From positions 135 through 64,134 of the forward strand of contig CACPCD010000003.1 of assembly GCA_902632315.1 (NCBI GenBank): a DNA stretch of 64,000 nucleotides, read 5' to 3'. The position numbers and the translations under genes were made by a program. A model generated the notes under the pieces. The model saw nothing but the letters and a program-made list of their open reading frames with translations. It was not told the origin of the DNA and did no database searches. This document shows positions 26,853 through 40,977 of this stretch, in pieces. Position 1 is the first letter of the stretch, and each line of letters begins with the position of its first letter. This stretch comes from an uncultured Pelagibacteraceae bacterium (GTDB taxonomy: Bacteria; Pseudomonadota; Alphaproteobacteria; Pelagibacterales; Pelagibacteraceae).

Positions 26853-27785
26853 TTATTTGAATAAATCGGACACAGATGTAGAATTTGAAATTCTTTTTAT
26901 AGCCTCACCCATTAGCCCAGAAATAGGTAAAACCTCTATATTTTTTACACTTTTAGTTTTTTCACCATTATCAATAGTGTCTGTAATAACTAAATTTTTA
27001 ATTTTTGAATTTTTAATTTTTTTAACGGCATCACCACTTAAAACTCCATGAGTTATATAAACATAAACTTCTTTTGCTCCTCTTTCTTTAAGTGCTTTAG
27101 CTGCATTAACTATGGTGCCACCTGAATCAATTATATCATCAACAAGAATACAAGTTTTGTCTCTTACATCTCCAATAACATTCATTACTTTTGATTGTCC
27201 AGGCTTCGGTCTTCTTTTGTCTACAATTGCAAGTTCTGCATTTAAAAGTTTTCCTAATGCTCTTGCTCTTTCAGTGCCTCCTACATCTGGAGCAACACAA
27301 ATAATTTTTTTACTTTTAATTCTTTTTCTAATATGTCTAGCAAAAATTGGAGTTGCAAAGAGATTGTCTACGGGAATATCAAAGAAACCTTGTATTTGCC
27401 CAGCATGTAAATCCACAGTTACCACTCTATCTGCTCCTGCTTTTGTAATCAAATTAGAGACAAGTTTGGCTGATATAGAAGTTCGTGGCACTACTTTTCT
27501 ATCTTGTCTTGCATATCCAAAATAAGGAATTACTGCAGTAATATTCTTTGCTGAAGATCTTTTAAGCGCATCGATACATAATAATAATTCCATTAAATTG
27601 TCATTAGCAGGGGAGGACACTGATTGAATTATAAAAATACTGTTGCCTCTAATATTTTCATTTATTTCCACATATATTTCTCCGTCAGAAAATTTTCTAA
27701 TACTAGAGTTTACTAGTTTTGATTTGAGGTACTTAGCAATGTTTTTACTTAAAACTTTATTACTATTTCCAGTTAATAATTTCAT
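26853..27785 (-). CDS. prs: Ribose-phosphate pyrophosphokinase
   Basis: [37 protein letters not shown]. Confidence 0.98.
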   Translation of the reverse strand: MKLLTGNSNKVLSKNIAKYLKSKLVNSSIRKFSDGEIYVEINENIRGNSIFIIQSVSSPANDNLMELLLCIDALKRSSAKNITAVIPYFGYARQDRKVVPRTSISAKLVSNLITKAGADRVVTVDLHAGQIQGFFDIPVDNLFATPIFARHIRKRIKSKKIICVAPDVGGTERARALGKLLNAELAIVDKRRPKPGQSKVMNVIGDVRDKTCILVDDIIDSGGTIVNAAKALKERGAKEVYVYITHGVLSGDAVKKIKNSKIKNLVITDTIDNGEKTKSVKNIEVLPISGLMGEAIKRISNSTSVSDLFK

Positions 27786-27794
27786 TGAAAAACT

Positions 27795-28556
27795 TTAATT
27801 AATCATAATTATAGAAATATTTCTACCATAATCATCATGATTTGAGATTAATGATCTTCTAGCACTGAAAAAATTATTTTTTTTATCAAAAGTATCAATA
27901 TTTATCGTCTCGATATTAACAATTTTGTTTAAATTGAGTTGATATTTAACATATCCAGGTAAATTGAAATAAATAACATTGTTCTTTTTTTTAAAAAAAG
28001 TTTTATTTTTTTTACTTTGTTTCATAAATTTTTCTTGGAGGTCTTTGCCAATATTATAGCTGTTCTTTGATATACAGGGTCCAATGGCAGCAATAATATC
28101 TTTTCTTTTGCCTCCTTTCTTAATTATGAAACTTATTACGTTATCTATAATTCCACTTAAAGCTCCTCTCCAACCAGCATGAATTGCAGCAATAATATTT
28201 TTTTTGCAATCATATAAGAGAATGGGAACACAGTCTGCTGTTAATACGGCTATCGGAAGTTTTGATTGGTTTGTAATTATAGCATCAGCTCTAAACCTTT
28301 TTTTTATTTGTTTGAATTTTTTTCCTATGAAAACAATTTTATTGCTGTGAATTTGATAATTTAGAAAAATTTTTTTTGAATCAATCCCTAATTTTTTTTT
28401 AACAATTTTAAGATTATATAATACGTTTTTTTTTCTATCTTTCGAACCTAATCCACAATTTAAACTTTTATATATTCCTTTTGATTTTCCACCAATTCTA
28501 TTAAAGAAGCCGTGGACGATTTTCTTTTGCTTAAGTAATTTTTTTGAGGTAATCAG
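27795..28556 (-). CDS. pgeF: Peptidoglycan editing factor PgeF/YfiH (purine nucleoside phosphorylase LACC1 family), CTG start
   Basis: Continuous 253-aa frame: HGFFNRIGG..SLNCGLGS, QIHS, ADAIIT, LTADCVPIL, IHAGWRG, IGPCI, FFSARR. The ORF track shows only the last 76 aa. Confidence 0.9.
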   Translation of the reverse strand: MITSKKLLKQKKIVHGFFNRIGGKSKGIYKSLNCGLGSKDRKKNVLYNLKIVKKKLGIDSKKIFLNYQIHSNKIVFIGKKFKQIKKRFRADAIITNQSKLPIAVLTADCVPILLYDCKKNIIAAIHAGWRGALSGIIDNVISFIIKKGGKRKDIIAAIGPCISKNSYNIGKDLQEKFMKQSKKNKTFFKKKNNVIYFNLPGYVKYQLNLNKIVNIETINIDTFDKKNNFFSARRSLISNHDDYGRNISIIMIN

Positions 28557-29602
28557 TTTTCAAATCCTAATTTAAATTTGTTATTTTTATTTTTTATTAA
28601 CATCACCTTGAACAGATTCCCCATTTGTTTTTCATCTATTAATCTTTGAAGCCTCAAATATATGTCTGCTTTTTTTAAAAATGTTTGTTTTGCCGATATA
28701 ATCTCAGCTCTTTCTTTAATTCCAATATTTATTAAAAATTTTTTTTGATTTGTTAATTCAGTATCTAATCCACCCGTGTTTTTAACGATTTTTTTAAACA
28801 AATTAAAGTTTATATTATGCGTAATATCTGAATTACCGATATTTTCTAAGACATTTGAAAATCTGTGATTAGATACAGCTTGAAGTGTATTCTTCATTTT
28901 ATTGCTTACGTATCCATAATCAATTAATAAAAGTCCACCCATATTCTTTTTAATGGTAGAAGAAATTTCTCTAAGATAATTTATACCTTTTTCAGAATAC
29001 TCTATAAAATTTTGATCTTTTGATATTTGAAATTTAATTTTCTTCTCAATTTTTCTGATTTCAGTTTTTTTTTCAAAAAAATAAGATCTTTTTTTGTTAA
29101 TTCTCACGAATTTTTCAAACCAAAAATTTTGTCTTTTTTGAAATTGTTTAATAGCAATTGAATCAAAAAATTCATTTGCAATGAAAACACAAGGCCCTTT
29201 TTTCAATTTCTTAATTTTAGAAATCCAAATAATTCTATTTTTTTTTAATTTTCTCTTTTGAATGCTGATTAGTGATGGGCTTTTTTCATAAATAAAAATA
29301 TTACAGGATCTATGAAAGGATGGAAAATTCTTAAAACTTTCTAATAGCACTTTCATCATTTCTCCATTACCTGCCCCCAGTTCAATTAAATTAAATTTTT
29401 TTGGTGAACCTAAGCTTTGCCAAAAACTAATAATCCAAACCGCAATCATTTCAGAAAAAAGTCTTGAAATATTTGGTGCTGTAATGAAATCGCCTTTTTT
29501 CCCGAAAGGATTTCCTTTCATATAATATCCTTTTTTTTTGTCATAGAGAGACAAATCAATAAACTTATCTAAAGGCAAACTAAGACTGTTTTTTAATCTC
29601 AT
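28553..29602 (-). CDS. SAM-dependent methyltransferase, MidA/NDUFAF7 family
   Basis: GYY..PFG..GDFITAP.IS..F, ELGAGNG, ANEFFD, IDYG, DITH, MGNLFKV. Confidence 0.9.
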   Translation of the reverse strand: MRLKNSLSLPLDKFIDLSLYDKKKGYYMKGNPFGKKGDFITAPNISRLFSEMIAVWIISFWQSLGSPKKFNLIELGAGNGEMMKVLLESFKNFPSFHRSCNIFIYEKSPSLISIQKRKLKKNRIIWISKIKKLKKGPCVFIANEFFDSIAIKQFQKRQNFWFEKFVRINKKRSYFFEKKTEIRKIEKKIKFQISKDQNFIEYSEKGINYLREISSTIKKNMGGLLLIDYGYVSNKMKNTLQAVSNHRFSNVLENIGNSDITHNINFNLFKKIVKNTGGLDTELTNQKKFLINIGIKERAEIISAKQTFLKKADIYLRLQRLIDEKQMGNLFKVMLIKNKNNKFKLGFEN

Positions 29603-30362
29603 TTTTTTTTAAAAATATAAAGATACCAATTAATAAAAATATAAAACTTATAATTTGCCCCATTGTGAGATTAAATATTAAATAACCTAACTGAAAATCT
29701 GGAGCTCTAAAAAATTCTATTACAAATCTAAAAATTGAGTAAAAAATTAAAAATAAACCAGAAATCAAACCTGGAATTTTCATAAATCCTTTTTTTCTAA
29801 AATATATAAGAATAATGAATAAAATAACTCCTTCAAAAATCGCCTCATATAATTGAGAAGGATGTCTATTTAGGTTATCAACCTGAATAAATTTAACTGC
29901 CCAAGGCACTTGTGTCTCAAGTCCGTACAATTCAGAATTTATGAAATTTGCTAATCTTCCAAAAAAAATACCAATAGGAGCAACAATTGAAACTATATCT
30001 AAATAATTAAAAGGGTTTTGGTTATTTTTTTTTGCATACCAAATACTTACTAATATAACACCTAACAAACCTCCATGGAAAGACATGCCTCCTTCCCAAA
30101 TTTTTATAATATCTAAAAAATTATCCAAATAATAACTTGGGTTGTAAAAAAAGACGTAGCCAAGTCTTCCCCCAACAATGATGCCAAAAATAAGAAAAGT
30201 TAAATAATCATCGAATTTTTCTTTTAATTTAATGTCTGATATGAAAATATTTTTACCTAATACCCATCCTAATAAAATACCTGCTATATATGACAAAGAG
30301 TACCATCTAATTTGTATCGAAAAAATTTCTAAAGCAACTGGGTCAAAATTATTAATGAACAT
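29580..30362 (-). CDS. lgt: Prolipoprotein diacylglyceryl transferase
   Basis: IRWY, GGRLGYV, GGMSFHGG, GRLANFINSE, HPSQLYE. Confidence 0.97.
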   Translation of the reverse strand: MFINNFDPVALEIFSIQIRWYSLSYIAGILLGWVLGKNIFISDIKLKEKFDDYLTFLIFGIIVGGRLGYVFFYNPSYYLDNFLDIIKIWEGGMSFHGGLLGVILVSIWYAKKNNQNPFNYLDIVSIVAPIGIFFGRLANFINSELYGLETQVPWAVKFIQVDNLNRHPSQLYEAIFEGVILFIILIYFRKKGFMKIPGLISGLFLIFYSIFRFVIEFFRAPDFQLGYLIFNLTMGQIISFIFLLIGIFIFLKKNEIKKQS

Positions 30363-30412
30363 TTTAAATTATAAATATAAGCTATAATTATAGTAAGTTA
30401 GTATAAAATTAT

Positions 30413-30667
30413 ATGAAAAATTCAAAGTTTGTAATAGATAAACTCGCAAAATTATTTGAGCAAGGCCTGATCTCATCAAAAGATCTTGCTAATGAATTAG
30501 TTTCGATTCTAAAATCAAAAAGAGATGAGATTGTTTTTAGACTTAAATTAACTAGTAAAGATGAATTCGATATTTTGGCAAAAAGAGTTGAAATTTTAGA
30601 ACACCAGATTAATAAATCTAAAAATCAAAAAAAGAAGAAAAAAACTAAACGGGCAAAAAAATCTTAA
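30413..30667 (+). CDS. UbiK/BMFP-family accessory protein
   Basis: LKLTSKDEFD..KRVEILE coiled-coil motif; conserved position divergent from lgt. Confidence 0.75.
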   Translation: MKNSKFVIDKLAKLFEQGLISSKDLANELVSILKSKRDEIVFRLKLTSKDEFDILAKRVEILEHQINKSKNQKKKKKTKRAKKS

Positions 30668-31964
30668 CTCCAAGGCCACCCATTTGGGATTTTTCTAGTT
30701 TTATATTTCCCCCATGTGATCTAATAATATCTGAAGCAATTGAGAGTCCTAATCCAACACTAGATTTTGAGTCAGCTCTTCCTTTATCAATTTTATAAAA
30801 TGGTTTAAATACATTTTCATATTCTTTTTCTGGAATACCAGGTCCATTATCCTCTATTTTTATAAACAAATTATTTGTACTTCTGGATAATTCAACTTTA
30901 ACTTTATCACCATATTTAATCGCATTATCTATTAGATTATTCACACATCTCTTAATTAAATTTTTTCTTCCACTAATACTTATATTTTTAGGCACTTCAG
31001 AAACAATATTTTTGTTATTATATTTTTCAATTATATTTTGAATTAATTCTGAAAGATTGAAATTTTGATCTTTTTCTAAGTATGATGAGCTTGTAAATTG
31101 AAGATATTCGTTCAACATTTTTTCCATCTCATTAATATCTTCAGTTAATTTATTTCCTAAGTCTTTATCTTTTATAAAAGCCACTTGAAGCTTCATTCTT
31201 GTTAGAGGAGTTCTTAAGTCATGACTTATACCTGATAACATTTCAGATCTTTGATTAAGATGTCTTATTATCCTTTTTCTCATTCGATCAAACTCATATC
31301 CCGCTTGCCGTATTTCTGCAGCACCAGATGGCTTGTATTCATCAATCTCCTCTCCTCTACCAAATTTTTCAGCAGCTATTGCAAGATTTGTTATAGGTCT
31401 AGTTTGATTTTTAAGAAATATAAGAGAGATAAAAACCATTATTAAAGCGGGAACAGTTATCCAAAGTGCAAATATTCTTGCTGATGAACTTGTAACCCTG
31501 TCCCTCGGAACTAAAAACTTAAAGTATCCATTTTGATATTTAATTCTTAAGTCGATTAGCTCTTTATAGTTTGTAGTATCAAACCAAAATTTATTAGTTC
31601 CAAATATCGCTTTTAATTCTCTTCTTAGTGTTCGATCTATAGGACTAAACCATCTTTCATCGTAAGAATAGTCAAAGTTTTTATCCTCTATAAATTGTAT
31701 ATTTAAATTTTGATAAATTGAAAAAAGGTTTGTAATTTCATCTTTTTTATAAATTTCATCATCATAGACCTCTATAAAAGTATTTATTTCGTTCACCAGT
31801 GCTTTGGTCATTCCTTTATTTGTTTTTATCCAAAGACTATCAAAAAAAACAATTGTAATAATTAATTGAAGAACAATTACGGGAACTGCAACAATCAATA
31901 AAGCTCTATAAAATAATTTTTTAGGAAGTAAATTTTTTATAAATCTATTCAATCCAGAGAACAT
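30645..31964 (-). CDS. EnvZ-like sensor histidine kinase
   Basis: 2 TM + HAMP, H-box SHDLRTPL, NLIDNA, DNGPGI, GLGLSI; start reassigned to ATG 31964. Confidence 0.92.
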   Translation of the reverse strand: MFSGLNRFIKNLLPKKLFYRALLIVAVPVIVLQLIITIVFFDSLWIKTNKGMTKALVNEINTFIEVYDDEIYKKDEITNLFSIYQNLNIQFIEDKNFDYSYDERWFSPIDRTLRRELKAIFGTNKFWFDTTNYKELIDLRIKYQNGYFKFLVPRDRVTSSSARIFALWITVPALIMVFISLIFLKNQTRPITNLAIAAEKFGRGEEIDEYKPSGAAEIRQAGYEFDRMRKRIIRHLNQRSEMLSGISHDLRTPLTRMKLQVAFIKDKDLGNKLTEDINEMEKMLNEYLQFTSSSYLEKDQNFNLSELIQNIIEKYNNKNIVSEVPKNISISGRKNLIKRCVNNLIDNAIKYGDKVKVELSRSTNNLFIKIEDNGPGIPEKEYENVFKPFYKIDKGRADSKSSVGLGLSIASDIIRSHGGNIKLEKSQMGGLGVKIFLPV

Positions 31965-32622
31965 ATCCTGTACCTCTAATAGTTTGTAAAAATCTAGGGT
32001 TTTTTGGGTCAATTTCAATTTTTTTTCTTAACCTTGTAATGATTACGTCAATTGATCTTTCTTTATCAAGGTTGATCAATGTGCCTATATCTTCTCTTGA
32101 ATATGTTTTGCCTGGATTGTTAATCATTTTTTCTAATATGAGTTTCTCAGTGTTATTAATTTTGTACTCTAAGTTTTTTTTAATTATCAGTTGTTTGTTA
32201 AGATCTATTTTAACATTTTCAAATTCAATAATTCTTTTTTGATCACTTTTTTTTGTCTTGTTTAGAATATTCTGAATTCTTAAAACTAGCTCTTTTGGCT
32301 CAAAGGGCTTTGGTAAATAATCGTCAGCTCCAGTTTCAAGACCTTTTATTCTCTCTTTTGCTTCGCCTTTAGCTGTTAATAAAATAATTGGTGTTTCTAG
32401 TCTTTTATAATTATCTTGAATAAAATCTAATCCACTTTTACCTGGCATCATAATGTCTAGAATTATCAAATCAAATTTTATTATTTCAATTTTTTTTGAT
32501 GCATCCTCTGCATCTTTAGCAGTTGTAACCAAGTAGTTATTTTCAACCAAATATTTTTTTACTAAAGATCTTATACCGTCATCATCATCAACAACTAATA
32601 TATGAGCAATTATATTATCCAT
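31945..32622 (-). CDS. OmpR-family response regulator
   Basis: VVDDD, LDIMMPG, LLTAK, GADDYLPKPF, winged helix RSIDV..RLRKK, TIRGTGY. Confidence 0.94.
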   Translation of the reverse strand: MDNIIAHILVVDDDDGIRSLVKKYLVENNYLVTTAKDAEDASKKIEIIKFDLIILDIMMPGKSGLDFIQDNYKRLETPIILLTAKGEAKERIKGLETGADDYLPKPFEPKELVLRIQNILNKTKKSDQKRIIEFENVKIDLNKQLIIKKNLEYKINNTEKLILEKMINNPGKTYSREDIGTLINLDKERSIDVIITRLRKKIEIDPKNPRFLQTIRGTGYVLWIE

Positions 32623-33052
32623 TAATTATTTTTTTTAATACATTGTCAAAATTAATAACTTCCTCAGAACTTGAATTCAATAATGCAGAATAAATTCTTT
32701 TCTTTTGTATTTCAAAAATTTCATTAAAAATTTTTTTTCCTTTTTCATTCAAGAAAACATGTTTTAATCTTGTGTCTTGATCATCTTTTTTGAATATTAC
32801 CATCTCTAATTTAATTAAATCCTTTAATACTCTGTTAAGGCTTTGTTTTGTTATTTTAAGTTTTTTTAACAATGTAGATATTGTTATTCCCTCATACATT
32901 GACAGCAAATGAATAACCTTCTGATGAGCTAAACCAATTGAGTATTTATCTAAGATATTTTTAGAATCTGAAAAGGTTTCTCTATAACCCACAAATAATT
33001 TCTCTATTAAATCTTTTAATTGATCATCTTTTAGATATAAAAGCTCTTTCAT
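32615..33052 (-). CDS. MarR-family transcriptional regulator (PetP-like context)
   Basis: ITKQSLNRVLK helix-turn-helix, DTRLK..LNEKG wing; marR-ompR-envZ divergent from ilvE. Confidence 0.88.
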   Translation of the reverse strand: MKELLYLKDDQLKDLIEKLFVGYRETFSDSKNILDKYSIGLAHQKVIHLLSMYEGITISTLLKKLKITKQSLNRVLKDLIKLEMVIFKKDDQDTRLKHVFLNEKGKKIFNEIFEIQKKRIYSALLNSSSEEVINFDNVLKKIING

Positions 33053-33066
33053 TTTGGTAAGTTATA

Positions 33067-33095
33067 TTGACATATTATAGATACAAAGATATTTT
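33067..33095 (+). promoter_or_regulatory. Putative sigma70 promoter for ilvE
   Basis: TTGACA-17 nt-TATTTT in the 67-bp divergent spacer. Confidence 0.5.
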
Positions 33096-33119
33096 TCAGT
33101 AAGAATTTTATTTCATAAC

Positions 33120-34001
33120 ATGATACCTTATGACAAAAGATCAGGTAAAATATGGTACAACGGCGAATTAGTCGATTGGTCTGATGTCAAAGTACATGTT
33201 TTAAGCCATGGCCTACATTATGCAAGCTGTGTTTTTGAGGGTGAGAGGGTGTATGATGGGTCTATATTTAAATTAGAGGAGCATACTTCTAGATTATTTT
33301 ACTCAGCAAAAAGAATGGGTTTTGAGATCCCATATAGTGAAAATGAAATTAATGCAGCATCAAAAAAAATTATTGCTACTCAAAAGGTGGAAAATGGATA
33401 TGTGAGACCCGTCGCTTGGAGAGGAAGTGAGATGATGGCAATATCTGCTCAACAAACAAAAATACATGTAGCGATCGCAACCTGGGAATGGGGATCTTAC
33501 TTTGACCCCAAACTAAAAATCGAAGGTATTAAATTAAATATTTCAAGTTGGAGAAGACCTGCGCCAAATACAATTCCTTGGGATACTAAAGCTTCAGGTC
33601 TTTATATGATCTGCACTCTTTCAAAGCATGAAGCAGAAAAACAAGGATATACAGACTCACTAATGTTAGATCATGAAGGAAATGTTGCTGAAGCAACAGG
33701 AGCTAATATTTTTTTTAAGGATAAAAATGGTGAGCTTCATACTCCAACACCAGACTCATTTTTGGATGGAATAACAAGACGAACCGTAATAAGTATTGCA
33801 AAATCAAAAAATATTAAAGTGCACGAAAGAAAAATTAGTCCATCTGAGCTATCAAACTTTGTAGGCTGTTTTTTAACTGGGACAGCTGCAGAGGTAACAC
33901 CAGTATCATGTATAGCTGAAAATCAATACAAAGTGTGTGATATGATTATTGATCTAAATAAAAGTTATCAAGTCTTAGTAAAAAAGAAAAAAGCTGCTTA
34001 A
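33120..34001 (+). CDS. ilvE: Branched-chain amino acid aminotransferase
   Basis: HGLHY...FEG, YVRP, KASGLY (PLP Lys), EATGANIF, LDGITR, GTAAEV. Confidence 0.96.
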   Translation: MIPYDKRSGKIWYNGELVDWSDVKVHVLSHGLHYASCVFEGERVYDGSIFKLEEHTSRLFYSAKRMGFEIPYSENEINAASKKIIATQKVENGYVRPVAWRGSEMMAISAQQTKIHVAIATWEWGSYFDPKLKIEGIKLNISSWRRPAPNTIPWDTKASGLYMICTLSKHEAEKQGYTDSLMLDHEGNVAEATGANIFFKDKNGELHTPTPDSFLDGITRRTVISIAKSKNIKVHERKISPSELSNFVGCFLTGTAAEVTPVSCIAENQYKVCDMIIDLNKSYQVLVKKKKAA

Positions 34002-34582
34002 TCTTTGCTATCTTCTGAGATAGCATGGTCAATACCCTTTCGAACATATTCGTACCCTGTGAAAAGAGTTAGGGCTGCTGAAAGCCAAAGCAGAACAATC
34101 CCTATGGTTTGAGCATTGTAATCTTGGAAGTTTATAATTTTATTTCCAGTCTCCCCAGATAATAAAAGTGCAATTGATACCATTTGTAAAACGGTTTTTA
34201 GTTTTGCTAGACTTGAAACTGGTAAACCAATTTTCCCTTTTGCCAAAAATTCTCTTAAACCGGATATTAAAATTTCTCTTGTTAAGATGATTATCGCTGC
34301 AATAACCTCATAGCTACGAATCGTTCCATCCATAACTAACAGGATCAGTGCAGTTGCAACAATTATTTTATCTGCAATAGGATCTAATAATTCTCCTAGC
34401 TTAGACTCTTCACCTAGAAATCTTGCCAACATGCCATCTAAAAAATCTGTAAATGATGCTACTATAAATAAAATAAGAGCTGTAAGATCTCCATAAAAGC
34501 CTGGTAAATAAAATGCTAAAACAAAAAAAGGAACAATTAAAATTCTTCCAACTGTTAAAATATTTGGTATTTTTTTAAGCAT
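33998..34582 (-). CDS. pgsA: CDP-diacylglycerol--glycerol-3-phosphate 3-phosphatidyltransferase
   Basis: PNILT..R, TDFLDG.LAR...G..LDPIADK; follows uvrC. Confidence 0.96.
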   Translation of the reverse strand: MLKKIPNILTVGRILIVPFFVLAFYLPGFYGDLTALILFIVASFTDFLDGMLARFLGEESKLGELLDPIADKIIVATALILLVMDGTIRSYEVIAAIIILTREILISGLREFLAKGKIGLPVSSLAKLKTVLQMVSIALLLSGETGNKIINFQDYNAQTIGIVLLWLSAALTLFTGYEYVRKGIDHAISEDSKD

Positions 34583-34591
34583 ATCTATTTT

Positions 34592-36427
34592 TTATTCGTG
34601 AAAAAAGTTATATATCTTTTTTGCAACTTTTTCCTCAACACCTTCAACAGATTTAATTTCATCAAGACTAGCAGACTCGACTGCTCGTGCTGAGCCAAAA
34701 TGATTTAAAAGAGCTCTTTTTCTAATACTTCCTATACCATTTATCTGATCTAGCATAGATTTTGATATACCTTTTTTTCTCTTTGCTCTATGAGCACTAA
34801 TCGCAAATCTATGGGCTTCATCACGCACTCTCTGTAAAAAAAATAAAGTAGGGTCATTCTTTGCAAATTTAAATTCTTTACCATTATGAAAAAAGGTTTC
34901 ATTCCCACTATTTCTAAATTTACCCTTTGCTATTGCTATAACGGGTATTTCGTTTAATCCTAATTCGTTTAGGGTCTCTCTTGCTGATGAATATTGTCCT
35001 TTACCACCGTCAATAAGCACAAGATCTGGAAAGGTTAAGAAGTTTCCTTTTTCTTGTATAGCTCTTTTGAACCTTCTGCCCAAGACCTCTCTAATCATAC
35101 CATAGTCGTCCTGTTTAAAGCTTTCGTTTTTAATATTGAATTTTCTATACCTTTTTTTGACGAAACCCTCCTCACCATAAGTTATCAGGGCACCAACACT
35201 GTTTGTCCCTTGTATATGACTATTATCATAAACCTCAATTAGACTTATAGTATTGTCAATTTTAAATTTTTTTGAAATTTCATCTAGTAATTCTTTATTA
35301 TTTTGACTTTCATAAAGATTTCTATTCAAACTATTTTTAGCATTTTTAATTGCTAAGTTGATAACTTTTAGCTTTGATCCTTTCTTTGCAATAGAAATAT
35401 TAATCTGCTTATTTTCTTTTTTTGAGAGAGTTTTTTCTATTAATTTTTTTTCTTTAATTTCCTCACTTAGAATTATTGATCTTGGAACAGCTTTATTCTC
35501 ATAAAACTGTGATACAAAAGAATTCAAAATGTTGCTTAATTTTTCATCTGGATCATGTTTTGGAAAAAAAGCTTGATTTCCCCAATTTTGTTTTGATCTA
35601 TAAAAAAAAACTTGAATACATGTTTTTCCAGACTCTTTATATCCGGCTATCACATCTGCCTCAGTTAAATTTACATCACTGATAGTTAAAGAAGACTGAA
35701 TTATATTTAAAGATTTAATCTTATCTCTTATTATTGCAGCTTTTTCAAAGTCTAATTCTTCACTAGCATTCTCCATTTGGGAAGAAAGAGTTTGCTGTAT
35801 CTTTCTTGACCTACCTTTACTTAAAAATTCATCTGCTGCCTCTACAAGTTTTGCATAATCATTTTTATCTATTTTTCCTCCACAAGGACCAGCGCATCTT
35901 TTTAAAAAATAATTAAAACAAGTTTTATCTCCTGCCTCTACCTGTTTATCAGTGCAAGATCTGATTAAGAATATACGCTGAAGAGTTTTAATAGCGCTGT
36001 TTACTGCTAGTGAGCTTGCGAAAGGCCCATAATATTTTCCAGCTTTATTTTTTGCTCCTCTATGTCTTTCAATCCTTGGGAATTCGTGATCTGAGATAAA
36101 TATATAGGGAAAAGATTTATCATCTTTAAGCAATATATTAAATTTAGGTTTATGTTTTTTAATTAAGTTTGCTTCTAGTAATAGAGCCTCACTTTCATTT
36201 GTTGTAGTTGTAATTTCAAGCTTTTCAGTTTGAGACAACATTCTTTCAGTTCTAATGATATGATTTTTCTCTGAAACATAACTCTTTAATCGATTGGGAA
36301 GATTTTTTGCTTTTCCTACGTATAAGATTTCATTTTTAGAGTTTAACATTCTATAAACCCCAGGGAGTTTAGGTATTAAAGGTAACTCTTTTTTAATTAT
36401 TTCTTTTCCAGCTTCAGGACTTAACAT
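34592..36427 (-). CDS. uvrC: Excinuclease ABC subunit C
   Basis: GIY-YIG PGVY..LYVGKAK, Cys-rich region, [21 protein letters not shown], HhH. Confidence 0.98.
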   Translation of the reverse strand: MLSPEAGKEIIKKELPLIPKLPGVYRMLNSKNEILYVGKAKNLPNRLKSYVSEKNHIIRTERMLSQTEKLEITTTTNESEALLLEANLIKKHKPKFNILLKDDKSFPYIFISDHEFPRIERHRGAKNKAGKYYGPFASSLAVNSAIKTLQRIFLIRSCTDKQVEAGDKTCFNYFLKRCAGPCGGKIDKNDYAKLVEAADEFLSKGRSRKIQQTLSSQMENASEELDFEKAAIIRDKIKSLNIIQSSLTISDVNLTEADVIAGYKESGKTCIQVFFYRSKQNWGNQAFFPKHDPDEKLSNILNSFVSQFYENKAVPRSIILSEEIKEKKLIEKTLSKKENKQINISIAKKGSKLKVINLAIKNAKNSLNRNLYESQNNKELLDEISKKFKIDNTISLIEVYDNSHIQGTNSVGALITYGEEGFVKKRYRKFNIKNESFKQDDYGMIREVLGRRFKRAIQEKGNFLTFPDLVLIDGGKGQYSSARETLNELGLNEIPVIAIAKGKFRNSGNETFFHNGKEFKFAKNDPTLFFLQRVRDEAHRFAISAHRAKRKKGISKSMLDQINGIGSIRKRALLNHFGSARAVESASLDEIKSVEGVEEKVAKKIYNFFHE

Positions 36428-36839
36428 GGCTTCTTATTTTAGAAATTTGTATTCCAACTGACGAACAATCTTTTAGAATTTCTAATTTTTCAATTTTTAG
36501 CATAATTTTACCAATTCTTTTATCTTTAAATAATTCATCAAAAACTGCTTCAGCCAAAGTTTCTAAAAAATTATAATGTTTCTTTTTTACAAGTTTTTTG
36601 ATTAATTTTACAATGGTCCCATAATTAACGATTGATCTAAGATCTTTATCATTTGATGGCTTTTTATCTTGATAATCTATTTCAAGACTAAATTTTACTT
36701 TCTGAGAATTCTCTTTTTCAAAATCGTAATATCCTAGCTTTAAGTCTAAAACTAACTCGTTAATTAGAATTTTTTTTTCGTAATTAAATAAGCTTTTGTT
36801 TTTATCTATTTTTACAACTTTGAGATTATTTTTTTTCAT
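36414..36839 (-). CDS. folB: Dihydroneopterin aldolase family
   Basis: G.YDFEK...Q, IVNY, FLETLAE, KIEK, SVGI. Confidence 0.85.
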   Translation of the reverse strand: MKKNNLKVVKIDKNKSLFNYEKKILINELVLDLKLGYYDFEKENSQKVKFSLEIDYQDKKPSNDKDLRSIVNYGTIVKLIKKLVKKKHYNFLETLAEAVFDELFKDKRIGKIMLKIEKLEILKDCSSVGIQISKIRSHVKS

Positions 36840-37572
36840 TCTTTGCCTTTAATTATATCTAGTGTCTGCCAATTTAAGCTTTGACCACTATCTATTGCCA
36901 AAACTTGCCCAGTAATAGAACTGTTTTTTATAAAAAAGTCAACTGCATTACAAATCTCGTTAACATCCACTTGTTGTTTAAGTGGTGTAGCTAAATATTG
37001 ACTTTTAAAATGTTTTTCTGATTGTCTTTTATTTTTGATTGTTGGCCCTGGAGCTATTCCATTAACTCTTATGTTTGGTGATAGGCTCATCGCGCTTGTT
37101 TTGGTTAAAGTATAAAGGCCTGTTTTACTTAATGTATATGAAAAGAAATATGGAGTAAGCTTAAATATTCTCTGATCAATTATATTGATAATATTGTTAT
37201 TTTTACCTTTAACATTCTTTGAAAACTCTTTTGATAAAAGAGCAGGGGCTTTAAGATTTGTAGAAATATGATTTTCCCAGCTTTTAGAAGTAAAGTTTTC
37301 TAATTTATCGTTTTCGAATAATGAGGCATTATTTACCAAGCAATCAAAAAATTTCATTTTTGATTTAGAGAATTTAATTATTTTATACACATCTCTCTCT
37401 TTGCTTAAATCACCTTTTACCAAATGAACTGTTGTTCCAAATTGTTGTAATTTCTTCTTTAAACTTTCTGCTTTAGATTTTGACTTATTGTAATGGATCA
37501 CCATTTCTATATTTGAACCAGATAATTTTGTAGCTATTGCAGCACCTATTCTTGTAGCTCCACCAGTAATAA

Positions 37573-37591
<19 letters not shown>
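36836..37591 (-). CDS. Short-chain dehydrogenase, pteridine-reductase/FolM-like
   Basis: [36 protein letters not shown]. Confidence 0.85.
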
Positions 37592-40971
<3,380 letters not shown>

Positions 40972-40977
40972 GTAATA

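Noticed and set aside
27795-28025. 76-aa ORF plus an apparent 527-bp gap suggesting a pseudogene or ncRNA
   Set aside because: The frame is open and motif-complete up to the CTG at 28556; it is full-length pgeF
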